DNA from: Octopus vulgaris
Lineage: Eukaryota
Assembly (NCBI GenBank): GCA_951406725.2
Contig: OX597840.1
Coordinates: 34,968,001-35,032,000 of the forward strand
DNA: 64,000 nt
Direction: 5' to 3'
Shown here: positions 39,590 to 52,942 of the stretch, piece after piece
Layout of the letters: every line of letters starts with the position of its first letter
Numbering within the stretch: position 1 is the stretch's first letter
Made by a program: the position numbers and the translations under genes
The notes under the pieces: generated by a model
What the model saw: the letters and a program-made list of their open reading frames with translations, nothing else
Databases searched by the model: none
What the model was told of the DNA's origin: nothing

Positions 39590-40021
39590 CAGGACGGAGT
39601 ATGTCCATTTGACGAGCTTTGTGCAGAAGGGAGATAACTTTGTCTTGCTTCATTGTGCGTTTTCACTGACATATCTTTACTACCCCCTCAACATTACAGG
39701 CATGCGTGTGTGTGTGTGTGTGTGCATTATATATTTCTTTACTACCCACAAGGGGCTAAACATAGAGGGGACAAACAAGGACAGAAACACAGGTATTAAG
39801 TCGATTACATCAATCCCAGTGCGTAACTGGTATTTTATTTATCGACCCCGAAAGGATGAAAGGTAAAGTCGACCTCGGCGGAATTTGAACTCGGAACGTA
39901 ACGGCAGACGAAATACCTATTTCTTTACTACCCACAAGGGGCTAAACACAGAGGGGACAAACAAGGACAGATATAGGTATAGTAATCAGTAACTTTTATA
40001 ATTTTATTGAATTAGGTGCAT

Positions 40022-40534
40022 ATCTTTATATATAAAAGTAAGGTTGTGTGTCTGTCTCCTACGATTTAGATTCCTAACTACTCCCACATTTTGCGGTACA
40101 GTTTAACCAAATTCGGGTATCTTATAGTCGTGATTCATATCGAGCCCGTCTGAGTATTAGCGCGCGTCTACGATGAGTCTATGATTTTAAAAATAATTTA
40201 ACATCATTTTTTATTCCATTTTAATGCATAATTTTTCGTGTGTCGATGGCGGCGGAGTTGGCGTCCATGGTCACACCTGCACCTGTGTTGCTTCTCCCCC
40301 TTCTTCCCTCCCTCGTGAAGCAGTGGGGAAGGGAGTGTAAGGAAATCAACGTCGTAAAGCGTTGTCAAGGAGACCAGTGTTCTTTTAGAACAACGACTTC
40401 ATGGCTTGAAGACACCAAAACAGAAATGGCTAAGAAAGCCCAAATTGGCATCTATAAGGGAAGTAACTCTCTAAAAATGCTTATATAGTTATTTCCCTTA
40501 CAAACCCGAGCAACGCCGGGCGATACTGCTAGTA
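40022..40534 (-). mobile_element. Helentron/DINE-1-like element
   Basis: The minus strand starts tactagcagtatcgcccggcgttgctcggg and ends gacagacacac..ttttatatataaaga. Confidence 0.6.
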
Positions 40535-40961
40535 TATATATATATACATAATTTTTTTTTCTCTTACTTGTTTCAGTCATTTGACTGTGGCCATTAGTTG
40601 AACAAATCGATCCCAGGACTTATTCTTTAGTAATCCTAGTACTTATTCTACCGGTCTCTTTTGCCGAACTGCTAGGTTACGGGGGAGTAAACACACCAAC
40701 ATCGGTTGTCAAGCGATGGGTGGGTGCACAAACACATACATACACACACACACATACGATGGGCTTCTTTCAATTTCCATCTGCCAAATCCACTCACAAG
40801 GCTTTCATTGACCTGAGGCAAGTAGAAGACACTTGCCCAAGGTGCCACGCAGTGGGACTGAACCTAGAACAATGGGGTAACAAGCAAGCTTCTTACCACA
40901 CAGCCACTCTATAAATACGTAGGTTTAACAAGAGAGACTGAAGATAGGAGATTGTTTATTG

Positions 40962-41067
40962 ATCACTGCAATTGTTTCAAGCCATTTAGCATTGATTCCT
41001 CAAGTGTGGGATACTGAACACCTGGTTTAGGTGCATCCATCGATGTAGGTGTGTCTCCTCAGGTGAT
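40962..41067 (-). ncRNA. Degenerate hammerhead motif (long stem II)
   Basis: Minus strand: atcac-CTGAGGA-(~75 nt)-GAAAC-aatt-GCA-gtgat. Perfect stem I and palindromic loop III, but the cleavage triplet is GCA; aataaa follows. Confidence 0.55.
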
Positions 41068-41231
41068 TACAACATGTGTCTCATTAAAATAGCGTCTGTT
41101 CCACAAGGTTTCTTCTTAGTATACAAAAGCAGCGAATTAATGGACACAGCTTCATTATTACAGAAGATCAATAACAAATACTGGATGCAAAAAAAAACCC
41201 TGAAAACAAATATACAATACTGCGAAAGAAG

Positions 41232-41274
<43 letters not shown>

Positions 41275-41381
41275 CACACACACAATTATTCTATAATTAT
41301 GAACATAATTATAATCAGGGGTCAGCTAATTGCTTCACCATGCACCGAATTTAGAAATAGGAGTTAAAATGCCTTTTCTGC

Positions 41382-41431
<50 letters not shown>

Positions 41432-41519
41432 AATCCAAACGGGAAAACAAAAAAACAACAACAATGGAACAATTACAGTATTATTATTAATAGGCGCTCA
41501 GGAAATGGAAGCAGGGAGG

Positions 41520-41552
41520 TATGACGTTTCGAGCGGAGCTCTTCGTCGGAAA
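41520..41552 (-). ncRNA. Ultra-minimal hammerhead-like motif (CCGACGA core)
   Basis: Minus strand: ttt-CCGACGA-a-gagc(tcc)gctc-GAAACGTC. Stem I is weak. Confidence 0.5.
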
Positions 41553-41816
41553 CATAAAGAAGGAAGAGAGAGGAAAGAAAGATCCCAAAGCGGGCAACAG
41601 GGATAGAGAAAAAAATGACTGGTGTTTACGAGTTACACAAGATAACAAGAGCAAAGTAGGTTTTTAAAGGCAAAAGAGTGGAGACAAGGTTGGTAACGCA
41701 ACAGATGTGTGTGTATATATATATAGGGAGAGTTCATGAAAATAAACAAAAGACGAAGACATGTGGTTTAGAAAAAAACAGATGTATTGATATAACGCTC
41801 AGGAATAGAAAAAGTG

Positions 41817-41850
41817 TTTTACGTTTCGAGCCTCTGCTCCTCTACGGAAA
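41817..41850 (-). ncRNA. Ultra-minimal hammerhead-like motif (CCGTAGA core)
   Basis: Minus strand: ttt-CCGTAGA-g-gagc(agag)gctc-GAAACGTA-aaa. Confidence 0.4.
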
Positions 41851-42055
41851 GGGACACAGAAAGAAACAAGGAGAGAATTAAAAATATATATATATTGTGT
41901 GTGTGTGTACATGTGTTTGTGAGTGTTTATGTGTGCGTGAGTGTGTATGCATGTGTGCATGCATATGCATGTGCATAAGTGTATGGTGTATGTGCACAGA
42001 TGTGTGCATGTATGTGTTTATATATGCGTATGTGCACGTGCATGCGTACATGTGT

Positions 42056-42920
42056 ATATGTGTGTGCAGCTGTGTGTGTATGTGTGTGCGGCTGTGTGTG
42101 CATGTTTGTGTTTGTCCACTACCACCGTTTGCTTTGTTGGTTTGTTTACATTCCCATAACTCAACACTTTGGCAAAAAGAGAGCAATACTATAAGTCTCA
42201 GACTTTTAGAAAATAAGTTCTGGGGTCAATTTGATCAGCTAAATCCTGCAAAGTGGTGCCCCAGCATGGCCCCACTCTAACAACTAAATCAAGAAAAAGA
42301 TAAAATATACATATATAGGCGCAGGAGTAGCTGTGTGGTAAGAAGCTTACTTACCAACCACATGGTTCTGGGTTCAGTCCACTGCGTGGCACCTTGGGCA
42401 AGTGTCTTCTACTATAGCCCCGGGCCGACCAAAGCCTTGTGAGTGGATTTGGTAGACGGAAACTGAAAGAAGCCTGTCATATATATATGTGTGTGCAGCT
42501 GTGTGTGTATGTGTGTGCGGCTGTGTGTGCATGTTTGTGTTTGTCCACTACCACCGTTTGCTTTGTTGGTTTGTTTACATTCCCATAACTCAACACTTTG
42601 GCAAAAAGAGAGCAATACTATAAGTCTCAGACTTTTAGAAAATAAGTTCTGGGGTCAATTTGATCAGCTAAATCCTGCAAAGTGGTGCCCCAGCATGGCC
42701 CCACTCTAACAACTAAATCAAGAAAAAGATAAAATATACATATATAGGCGCAGGAGTAGCTGTGTGGTAAGAAGCTTACTTACCAACCACATGGTTCTGG
42801 GTTCAGTCCCACTGCGTGGCACCTTGGGCAAGTGTCTTCTACTATAGCCCCGGGCCGACCAAAGCCTTGTGAGTGGATTTGGTAGACGGAAACTGAAAGA
42901 AGCCTGTCATATATATATGT
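42056..42920 (+). repeat. ~429-bp near-identical tandem duplication of SINE A tail plus head
   Basis: 42056-42484 is repeated from 42485; the only difference noticed is one C in a homopolymer. Confidence 0.9.
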
Positions 42921-44105
42921 GTGTGCATGTTTGTGTGTCTGTGTTTGTCCACCCAACATCGCTTGACAACCAATGCTGGTGTGTTTGTGTTCCCATAACT
43001 TAGCGGTTCTGCGAAAGGGACCGATAGAATAAGTACTAGGCTTACAAAGGATAAGTCCTGGGGTCGATTTGCTCAGCTAAAGGTTATATTTCTAAAAACA
43101 CAAAAACATCTTAATAATTTTTTTCTTCTACAATTCCTAATAATATTTAATTCTAATAATAATAATCATATGATTCTTAAAAAATATCAAATGGCTAGAA
43201 GGGCCCACATGAATAAACTCAGAAACAAAAGGGTTCATAGGTTCAAAAAGCGGGGATGTATATTTTCTTAATTTTATTGTTTGTATTCAGCCCCACTGTG
43301 TGGCACCTTGGGTAAGTGTCTTCTACTATAGCCTCAGGCTGACCAAAGCCTTGTGAGTGGATTTGGTAGACGGAAACTGAAAGAAGTCCGTCGTCAATAT
43401 GTATATGCATATATATATGTGAGTGTTTGTGCGTCTGTGTTTGTCCCCCTAGCATTGCTTGACAACCGATGCTGGTGTGTTTATGTAACTTAGCGGTTCG
43501 GCTAAAGAGACCGATAGAATAAGCTCTGGGCTTACAAAAGAATAAGTCCCGGGGTCGAGTTGCTCGATTAAAGGCGGTGCTCCAGCATGGCCGCAGTCAT
43601 ATGACTGAAACAAGTAAAAGAGTAAAGAGAGTATTGTAAGCTGTGAAATTCTTTGACCATTTCAAGGTCTCAGCGGTTTCTTTTGTTATGTTGCCTTCCA
43701 AGAGAAACCAGAACTCTATCTATCGCTCATTGCATTGTCGTGTATGTATGTGTGTGTGTGTGTCGGGGGCGGGGGGAGGGCAATGTTGATTGAACTAGGA
43801 ACCCTGAAGCGGAGGAGCTTCTCAATCAAACGACCGTGGCTGTACCGAAATTAGCTTCTTTTAATTATAGATTTTCTTCAAGGATTATTCAAGAGATAAG
43901 TTGAGTTCAAAGTGTAAGTCACACATACAATTTGCTGCCTTGTCTGACATATCACTGCTGCTGCTGTTGCTGATGGTGCCGAAGCTGTTGCTGTTGTTGT
44001 TGCTGCTGTTGGTGCTGCTGCTGCTGGGTTTCAGTGTTGTGGACCTACGGTTTTCTGCACTCGTCTGACTCGGCCGTTGAGTATGGGTTTCCTAATTATT
44101 GGTGA

Positions 44106-44106
<1 letters not shown>

Positions 44107-44148
<42 letters not shown>

Positions 44149-44630
44149 AGATTTGTGGTGAGCGTGGCAGTTATAAAGGAAAGAGGAAATTGTGTGTGGA
44201 GATGTGGCAAGACATCGGCTTCTGAATTTATTCGGCAGATATTCAACCCCCACTATTAAGTGGGGTGTGGGGGGATAGTGAGAGAGAGAGAATGGGTGAG
44301 TGAGAGAGAGAGAGAGAAAGAGCGAGAGAGCAAGATAGTGAGAGAGAGATAGAGAGAGAGGGGAAGAGAGGGAGAAAGAAAGAGGGAGAGAGAAAGAGCA
44401 AGAGAGTGAGAGAGAGTAAGTGAGAAAGAGCGAGAGAGCAAGAGAGCAAGAGAGAGAGTGAGAGGGAGTGAGATAGTGAAAGAGAGTGAAACAGAGAGAG
44501 AGAAAGAGCAAGAGAGTGAGAGAGAGATAAAGAGAGAGGGAGAGAGAGAGAAAGAGTGAGAGTGTGTGAGTGAGAGATAGATAGATAGATAGTTAGATTG
44601 ATAGAGAGAGAGAGAGCAAGAGAGAAAGCA
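44107..44630. repeat. (CT)n and long (GA)-rich polypurine tract
   Basis: Direct inspection. Confidence 0.9.
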
Positions 44631-46158
44631 CGTTTCCCCCTTTGCATTGAAACTATCCTTAATCCAGCCTAAATATTTTACCTGTCCTATATTCAAACTG
44701 GCCAGATCTGGCCTCTTACACTTGTCCTACAAGGTCATTATGTTGTAGGTATTAGTGTTGCTGTCGATCAGAAGATGTATTCGATGAACTGTAACGACTG
44801 GGGAAGGAGTTGATTCACTCAGAACTGTTTTATTCAGACATTCTATGAAGCTTAGTTTGGACCATCATGAGATAGTAGCGCACACACACACACACACACA
44901 CAAGCTCACACATGCACATACACACACCACTGCAGTTAGCATGGAGAAAAATAATCCTCCCTTTAAGTAAAAGGTGCAGAAATACCATATCAGCCCAGTG
45001 CTTCCCCCTATTGGATTCCCAGACAGCTGTTTCTGGCTATTTGGCTTTCCTCAATGGGAAATACTGAAGGGAGATAACCCTGGACAGGTTAAAGCTACAG
45101 CTTTAACTAAAAAACAATCAACATCAGTTTTTTCTTCCTCCGGAAGTACATATGTATCTATGTATCTCTCTAACTCTCTCTCTCTCTCTTTCTATCTATC
45201 TATCAATCTATCTGCCTGTGTTTCTGTATATTTATCTATCTATCTACCCATCCATCTACCTAGCTATGTACCTACATACCTACCTATCCATCTGTCTATA
45301 CATCTGTCCGTCCATCCGTCAGTTCATCTGTCTATCTGCCTACCACCCACCCATCCATCCACCCATCCTCCATCAATCCATCTATCTATCTATCTATCTA
45401 TCTACCTATCATCATCATCATCATCATCATCATCATCGTTTAACGTCCGCTTTCCACGCTAGCATGGGTTGGATGGTTCAACTGGGGTCTGGGAAGCCAT
45501 GGAGGCTGCACCAGGCTCCAGTCTGATCTGGCAATGCTTCTACAGCTGGATGCCCTTCCTAACGCCAACCACTCCGTGAGTGTAGTGGGTGCTTTTTACG
45601 TGCCACCGGCACAGGGGCCAGAGGAGGCTGGCAACAGCCACGATCAGATGGTACTTTTTATGTGCCACCGGCACGGAGGCCAGTCTATCTATCTATCTAT
45701 CTGTCTGTTAGTCAGTAAGTCAGTCTTTCTGTCTATCTGTCTGTCTGTCTATCTACCTATCTATCTATCTATATATATATATATATTTATCTATCCAATC
45801 TGTCTGCCAGCTTGTCTGTCTGTCTGTTTGTCTGTCAGTCAGTCAGTCTGTCTGTCTATAAAGTGAATCGAAATTGCCAATATGGATGTAATGTGCCGGT
45901 TGTTAGGCATAAAACAAAACAAAACAAAAACAACAAAAAAAACTTAGGAAATTTGTATCGAATTGTTGCCCATTATTCCGAGGAACAAATATTTTCTGGT
46001 CATAAAAATACAGAATTCATACACTGGAAACCATTAAACTTAGACGAATTAATTAATCTATCTGTGAAGGTTATGCACACATACAGACACACACACAGAC
46101 AGACATCTATATATGCATATCAATATATATATATATATAATTATATATACATATTCAT

Positions 46159-46214
<56 letters not shown>

Positions 46215-46377
46215 TATACACACACATATATATAATTTTTATATACATATATATCCATGTGTGTATGTATAAGAAAGTTATGCATACATAGAGACACACA
46301 TACGCACACAAACACACACACATATCTATATATGCATATCAATATATTTATAATTATGTATACATATCCATACACAC

Positions 46378-46419
<42 letters not shown>

Positions 46420-46541
46420 TATACACACACATATATGTATATAACGTATATATACATATATATGCATGTGTGTATGTATTTATGTATGTATATATATATG
46501 TGTATGTATATATATATGTATATATGTATATATATATGTAC

Positions 46542-46668
<127 letters not shown>

Positions 46669-46671
46669 TAT

Positions 46672-46772
<101 letters not shown>

Positions 46773-46958
46773 ATAATCTGTTTCGTACCTTAAAGCAATT
46801 ATTTCATTCGTTGCCAGTAATTACAGGAATGTTATTTAAATTAAATCTGCTGATGTAATATCAATTTGGAAGCACAAGTGTTTGTGTGTGTTGGATGCAT
46901 CAATGTATATGTGTGTGGGTGTATAAATATGTATTGCTATAGTATATATATATTATTC

Positions 46959-46998
<40 letters not shown>

Positions 46999-47057
46999 TA
47001 TATTAAATATTAAGAGTATATCTATATATACATACATTTATATGTGTATATTATATA

Positions 47058-47101
<44 letters not shown>

Positions 47102-47272
47102 CTTTATTTTAAGCAGCAGAAAATTCAACAAAATTTGTTACTCTGAGTTTCTCGTTGCCGTTCATCAGACAGTTTTTGCTAGACAAACTGTCTAGCAAAA
47201 ACTGTCTGATGAACGGCAACGAGAAACTCAGAGTAACAGATTTTGTTGAATTTTCTGCTGCTTAAAATAAAG
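47102..47272. repeat. Inverted repeat (84-bp arms, 3-nt loop) carrying a hammerhead motif on each strand
   Basis: ..gctagaca-aac-tgtctagc..; one mismatch between arms; embedded in (TA)n. Confidence 0.95.
47198..47244 (+). ncRNA. Type-I hammerhead ribozyme motif (mirror copy on minus strand at 47130-47176)
   Basis: aaaactgt-CTGATGA-a-cg(gcaa)cg-a-GAAA-ctc(a)gaG-TA-acagatttt. Predicted cleavage after 47235. Confidence 0.75.
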
Positions 47273-47360
47273 CATATTACTCTACCACTGGTATTTGAGT
47301 ACTCTTTTTTCCACCTTGTTTCACATTTATGTGTTTACTCCGGTATATATATATATATAA

Positions 47361-47746
47361 TACTAGCAGTATCGCCCGGCGTTGCTCAGGTTTGTAAGGG
47401 AAATAACTATAAAGCATTTTTAGAGAGTTATAGCCAAAAAATAGCAAAAAAATGGGAAAAAATGATGGTAAATTTTTTTTTTAGTTAAAAAAGGTGGAGT
47501 TGCGTCCCCTAGACAGTTTGCGGTTTGTGTTTCTGATTCTCGACCCCATGTCGAATTTATCGATTTTTTTCAGAACTGGGGGAACTTTTCAAAATTTTCG
47601 CTGCGTTAGTTTTGAATTATGACATTGGGCTATGTGTGTGTCAAGTTTCATCAGAATCGGTTGAAAGCCGTGGTCAGGGTGAGGGTACAAGCAAACAGAC
47701 ACACAGAAACACGCACAGACAAACTGCCATTTATATATAGAGAGAT
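47361..47746 (+). mobile_element. Helentron/DINE-1-like element
   Basis: tactagcagtatcgcccggcgttgctc start; acagac..tttatatatagagaga end. Confidence 0.6.
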
Positions 47747-47822
47747 ATATATATATCAACCCATGCTAGCATGGAAAACAGACGTTAAACGATGATGATG
47801 ATGATGATGATTTATGTATCTA

Positions 47823-48384
47823 CGAGGGTGAGTCAAAAAGTAATGCCATTTTGTTTAGGACAGGTATAATTACCAACACAGGAACATGTATCATGCATCA
47901 AAATGAAGTTGGTCCTCTGTGGATCACATCCCTACTTCTCAACATAGTCACCGTTTCTCTCAATAGCAATGTTCCACCTTTGAATGAGAGCATGTATCCC
48001 TGACCCGTAGAATTCTGTTGACTGTTCTTTGAGCCACTTCTTCGCTACAGTTTCCACTTCCTCGTCACTGGACTATCATCATCACTGGAATAATCTTCGA
48101 CACCTTGAAAGAGGTTCTGAGAGGCAAACATTATTCCAGTGACGAGGAAGCGAAAACTCTAGTGAAGAACTGGCTCAAAGAACAGTCAACAGAATTCTAC
48201 GGGTCAGGGATACATGCTCTCATTCGAAGGTGGAACCTTGCTATTTAGAGAAATGGTGACTATGTTGAGAAGTAGGGATGTGATCCACAGAGGACCAGCT
48301 TCATTTTGATGCATGATACATGTTCCTGTGTTGGTAATTATACCTGTCCTAAACAAAATGGCATTACTTTTTGACTTACCCTCA
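47823..48384. mobile_element. Palindromic mariner-derived MITE (two inverted right ends), TA TSD
   Basis: TA|cgagggtgagtcaaaaagt..actttttgacttaccctca|TA with ~250-bp arms. The right arm encodes the mariner transposase C-terminus LRGKHYSSDEEAKTLVKNWLKEQSTEFYGSGIHALIRRWNLAI*RNGDYVEK*. Confidence 0.9.
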
Positions 48385-48598
48385 TACATACATAAATATA
48401 TACATATGCATACATACATACATACATACATACATACATCTCTCTCTCTATCTCTCTCTCACTCTCTCTATATATATATAGGAAGGGCATGAAGCTGTAG
48501 GAAACCATACCAAATCAGACAAGAGTCTGGTGCAGCCATCCAGCGTGCCAACCCAGTCAAACCATCCAACCCTTGCCAGCATGGACAACAGATGTTAA

Positions 48599-48630
<32 letters not shown>

Positions 48631-49585
48631 ATATATATATATATATAACCTGTGTATGTGTGTTCAATTTTGTTTATAAGTCTTGAGGTGCTTCTAATTA
48701 TTCATATTTGAATATATGTATGTATCTCTCTCTCTCTCTCTGTATATATATATTTGTGGCTGCCTGGTGTCATCCATGTAGCCATAAGCACCCTGGCACA
48801 CACATACACACACTGCTTCCCAATCACATGATTCTGGGTTCAGTCCTACTGTGTGGCACCTTGGGCAAGTGTCTTTTATCATAGCCCTAGTGCGATCAAA
48901 GCCTTGAGAGTGGATTTGGTAGATCGAAACTGAAAGAAGCCTGTCATATACACATACATACTTACATGTGTATGTGTGTGTGTGTGCGCATGTGCGTTTG
49001 TCTGCCACCACTAGTTGATAACCGGTGTTGGTTTGTTTATGTTCCTGTACCTTATTAGTTTTAAGCAAAAGTAACCAATAGTTACTAGGTTTTAATAAAT
49101 AAGTCCTGGGGTTGACTAAAAAGCCTACGAACCTGTACTCCAGCATGGCCACAGTCTAATGATTGAAACAAGTATTAGAAAGATGTTCACATTCATTAGT
49201 TTCAGCCAGAGGCTGAGGCCATCCTGGAGCAATGCCTTTGTACGTATGATAATATATTTGTGAACACGGCTTCGCTAGTGAAATAACAAGCTTAATTAAA
49301 GTTCTGCTTTCATCTCAGTGAGACATTCCTTCAGCCTGAATATTGAATAAATTATCTCTTAATTATTCTGTTAATGAATTCATTAAACTTTAAGCTTTCT
49401 GATATATTCCTATCATGATCTAACTCACACTTCACTCACAAGATATTCAGCTGGTGCAGGGTCCCAACGAAGGGCACTTGCCCAGGATCTCACTCGGAGG
49501 GGTCAGACGAGGACTGCGGTTGTGAGGCAGGCTTCTTAAACAATGGGGCCAATTACCTTGCTAATTATGTTGCTAATTATTATCA

Positions 49586-49992
49586 GGCACAGGAGTGGCT
49601 GTGTGGTAAGTAGCTTGCTTACCAACCATATGGTTTCCGGGTTCAGTCCCACTGCGTGGCACCTTGGGCAAGTGTCTTCTACTATAGCCCCGGGCCGACC
49701 AATGCCTTGTGAGTGGATTTGGTAGACGGAAACTGAAAGAAGCCCGTCGTATATATGTATATATATATGTATGTGTGCGTGTGTGTTTGCGTGTCTGTGT
49801 TAGTCCCCCCAACATCGCTTGACAACTGATGCTGGTGTGTTTACGTCCCCGTAACTTAGTGGTTCGGCAAAAGAGGCCGATAGATTAAGTACTAGGCTTA
49901 CAAAGAATAAGTCCCGGGGTCGATTTGCTCGACTGAAGTTGGTGCTCCAGCATGGCCGCAGTCAAATGACTGAAACAAGTAAAAGAGTAAAA
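49586..49992 (+). mobile_element. SINE family A, full length
   Basis: Matches the family A sequence end to end. Confidence 0.9.
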
Positions 49993-50159
49993 TGATCAAA
50001 TATAAAAATCTTGCTTTTGTAAGTTTTGTATTTGTCTAAAAAGAACCCCATTCAATGCGGGATAGGCATGAACATCCCCTAATCTCATCTGGTGGTGTGT
50101 TCCAAATTTACTATTTTGTGATGAAATGCTTACTGTCATCAGCTCCTGTGGCATTATCC

Positions 50160-50517
50160 TCATCTTCGTTGTCGTCGCCATCTTAATCATCACCATCGCT
50201 GTCATCATCATCATCGTCGTAGTCGTCATCATCGTCGTCGTCATCATCATCATCGTCAACATCATCATCATCACCATCATCGTCATCACTCTCATCATCA
50301 TCATCATCACCATCATCATCGTCGTCGTCATCATCGTCATCATCATCAATCATCAATCATCATCATCATCATCGTCATCATCATCATCGTCATCATCATC
50401 AATCATCAATCATCATCATCATCATCAATCATCATCATCATCATCATCATCAATCATCATCATCATCGTCATCATCATCATCGTCATCAATACATCATCA
50501 TCATCATCATCGACATC

Positions 50518-50549
<32 letters not shown>

Positions 50550-50557
50550 CATCAATA

Positions 50558-50588
<31 letters not shown>

Positions 50589-51935
50589 GACATCATCACC
50601 ATCATCATCATCATCATCGTCGTCGTCGTCGTCCTCTCCATTGTCACCCTAAAATGTTACCACCCCCATCACAACAACCCTCCTCCTCCTCCTCTCCCTC
50701 CTTTTCCTCTTCCACCACACCCTCCTTCCCGCCGGCTCACCCTCCACTCCGCCACCCCACCCCACCCCACCCCACCCCACCACTCTCCTCACGAGGAGGC
50801 ATGAATATCCCATAATCTCATCTGATCATCTCTTCAAGCTCGCAACCACGTGGTTTAACCGCCACCGCCACCGCCACCGCCTCCACCACCGCCATCCTCA
50901 TTATTCCCATTATCTTCGTCTCTCCCCCGCCCCCCGTCGCTCCCCCCCTCGCCTCGCTCCCCCCCCCCCATTCCTTAGTATTTGGCACACATTTCTGTTG
51001 AAGTGCCTCAGCACATTCGAAAATATCGGTGAAGGTGTAAGGGAGTGGGAGTGGGAGGGGAGGAAGATAGCGAGGAGGAGGGGAAGAGACAGAGAGAGAG
51101 AGCGTATGTGTGTATGTGGTGGTGGTGGTGGTGGGGGTAAGCCCCCCCCCCCCCCTTCATCCGTCTATTCATTGAAAACTCTCTCTCTTTCTCTCATCCG
51201 ACGCCGCCACCACCACGGTTGATGAAACCTCATGCACCGCACCGCACCGCCACCACTACAACCATTATCATACCATCAACACCACCGCCACCACTACCAC
51301 CACTACCACCACCATCATCACTATCACCACCACCACCACTGTCATCACCACCACCGCCACCTCCACTACTACCACCACCATCATCACCATCACCACCACC
51401 ACTACTACCACCACTACCACCACCACCATCATCATCACCATCACCATCATCACCACCACCTCACCATCATCACCACCACCAGCACCACCACCACAACTAT
51501 CGCCTATACTACCGCTATTTTCCATCACCACTATCAGCACCATCACTAACCTCCACCCCTACAATCACCATTAGCAACAGCAGCAGCAACATCAGCAGCA
51601 GTAGCGCCACCCCCGCCATCGTCTTCATCACCACCACCAGCACCACCACAACTATCGCCTATACTACCGCTATATTCCATCACCACTACCACCACCACCA
51701 CCATCACCACCACCTCACCATCATCATCATCACCACCACCATCACCACCACCTCACCACCTCACCATCATCATCATCACCACCACCAGCACCACCACAAC
51801 TATCGCCTATACTACCGCTATTTTCCATCACCACTATCAGCACCATCACTAACCTCCACCCCTACAATCACCATTAGCAACAGCAGCAGCAGCATCAGCA
51901 GCAGTAGCGCCACCCCGCCATCGTCTTCATCATCG
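50160..51935. repeat. Low-complexity (CAT)n/(CAC)n region with a ~165-bp direct duplication
   Basis: Trinucleotide repeats; the segment caactatcgcctatactaccgc..gcgccacccc at about 51490 and 51795, with a partial copy at 51650. Confidence 0.85.
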
Positions 51936-52037
51936 CTAATCCATTCAGTTAGAATCGCATCCAGCTTTTTACCGAAGAATGCCGACCCTACAAGTCACAC
52001 TCACACACACACAATATGCTCACGCCCGACCACAAAT

Positions 52038-52123
<86 letters not shown>

Positions 52124-52128
<5 letters not shown>

Positions 52129-52226
52129 TACGTAATTAGGGTTTAGCAACGATTTGCCTCTTTTGACTGCTATTTCTAAATTCGGTGTGTGGTGAGGCAA
52201 ATCGTTGTTAAACCCTTAATTACGTA

Positions 52227-52232
<6 letters not shown>
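52124..52232. repeat. Short foldback element in (TA)n
   Basis: tactacgtaattagggtttagcaacgatttgcctc..gaggcaaatcgttgttaaacccttaattacgtagta. The loop sequence is related to 41330-41370 (reverse). Confidence 0.85.
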
Positions 52233-52267
<35 letters not shown>

Positions 52268-52384
52268 ACAATTAAGGATAACTTCTTAATAAGGAATCTT
52301 AACAAGAAATTATCAGGTAGATAGCGTGAAAAACCTCATAAGAGAAAAAATTCGAAAATAATTTTTTTCTTTTGAACATATTAA

Positions 52385-52533
52385 TTTATATTATATAGAG
52401 GGCATTATTACACATAAATGCCTCACACTAAGAGGGACATAAGTCATTTCTACTTATTTCTACTTAGAAATGACTTATGTCCCTCTTAGTGTGAGGCATT
52501 TATGTGTAATAATGCCCTCTATATAATATAAAT
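52385..52533. repeat. Inverted repeat (~68-bp arms)
   Basis: ..gagggacataagtcatttcta-cttatttctact-tagaaatgacttatgtccctc..; it ends in (TA)n. Confidence 0.92.
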
Positions 52534-52545
52534 ATATATATATAT

Positions 52546-52942
52546 AGGAGTGGCTGTGTTGTAAGTAGCTTGTTTACCAACCACATGGTTCCGGGTTCAT
52601 TCCCACTGCGTGGCACCTTGGGCAAGTGTCTTCTGCTATAGCTTCGGGTCGACCAAAGCCTTGTGAGTGGATTTGGTAGACGGAAACTGAAAGAAGCCCG
52701 TCGTATATATGTATATATATGCGTTAGTGTGTTTGTGTGTCTGTGTTTGTCCCCCTAGCATTGCTTGACAACCGATGCTGGTGTGTTTATGTCCCCGTTA
52801 CTTAGCGGTTCGGCAAAAGGAGACCGATAGAATAAGTACTGGGCTTACAAAAGAATAAGTCCTGGTGTCGAGTTGCTCGACTAAAGGCGGTGCTCCAGCA
52901 TGGCCACAGTCAAATGACTGAAACAAGTAAAAGAGTAAAGAG
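52546..52942 (+). mobile_element. SINE family A
   Basis: Matches the family A sequence. Confidence 0.9.

Noticed and set aside
38905-39698. Possible solo LTR (TGTGA..TTACA with a TATA-like motif) interrupted by a SINE
   Set aside because: No TSD or poly(A) signal could be identified; too weak to call.
50126-52049. Pro/His/Ser/Thr-rich ORFs (229 and 276 aa)
   Set aside because: Low-complexity (CAT)/(CAC) repeats open in several frames, with no domain or convincing splice signals.
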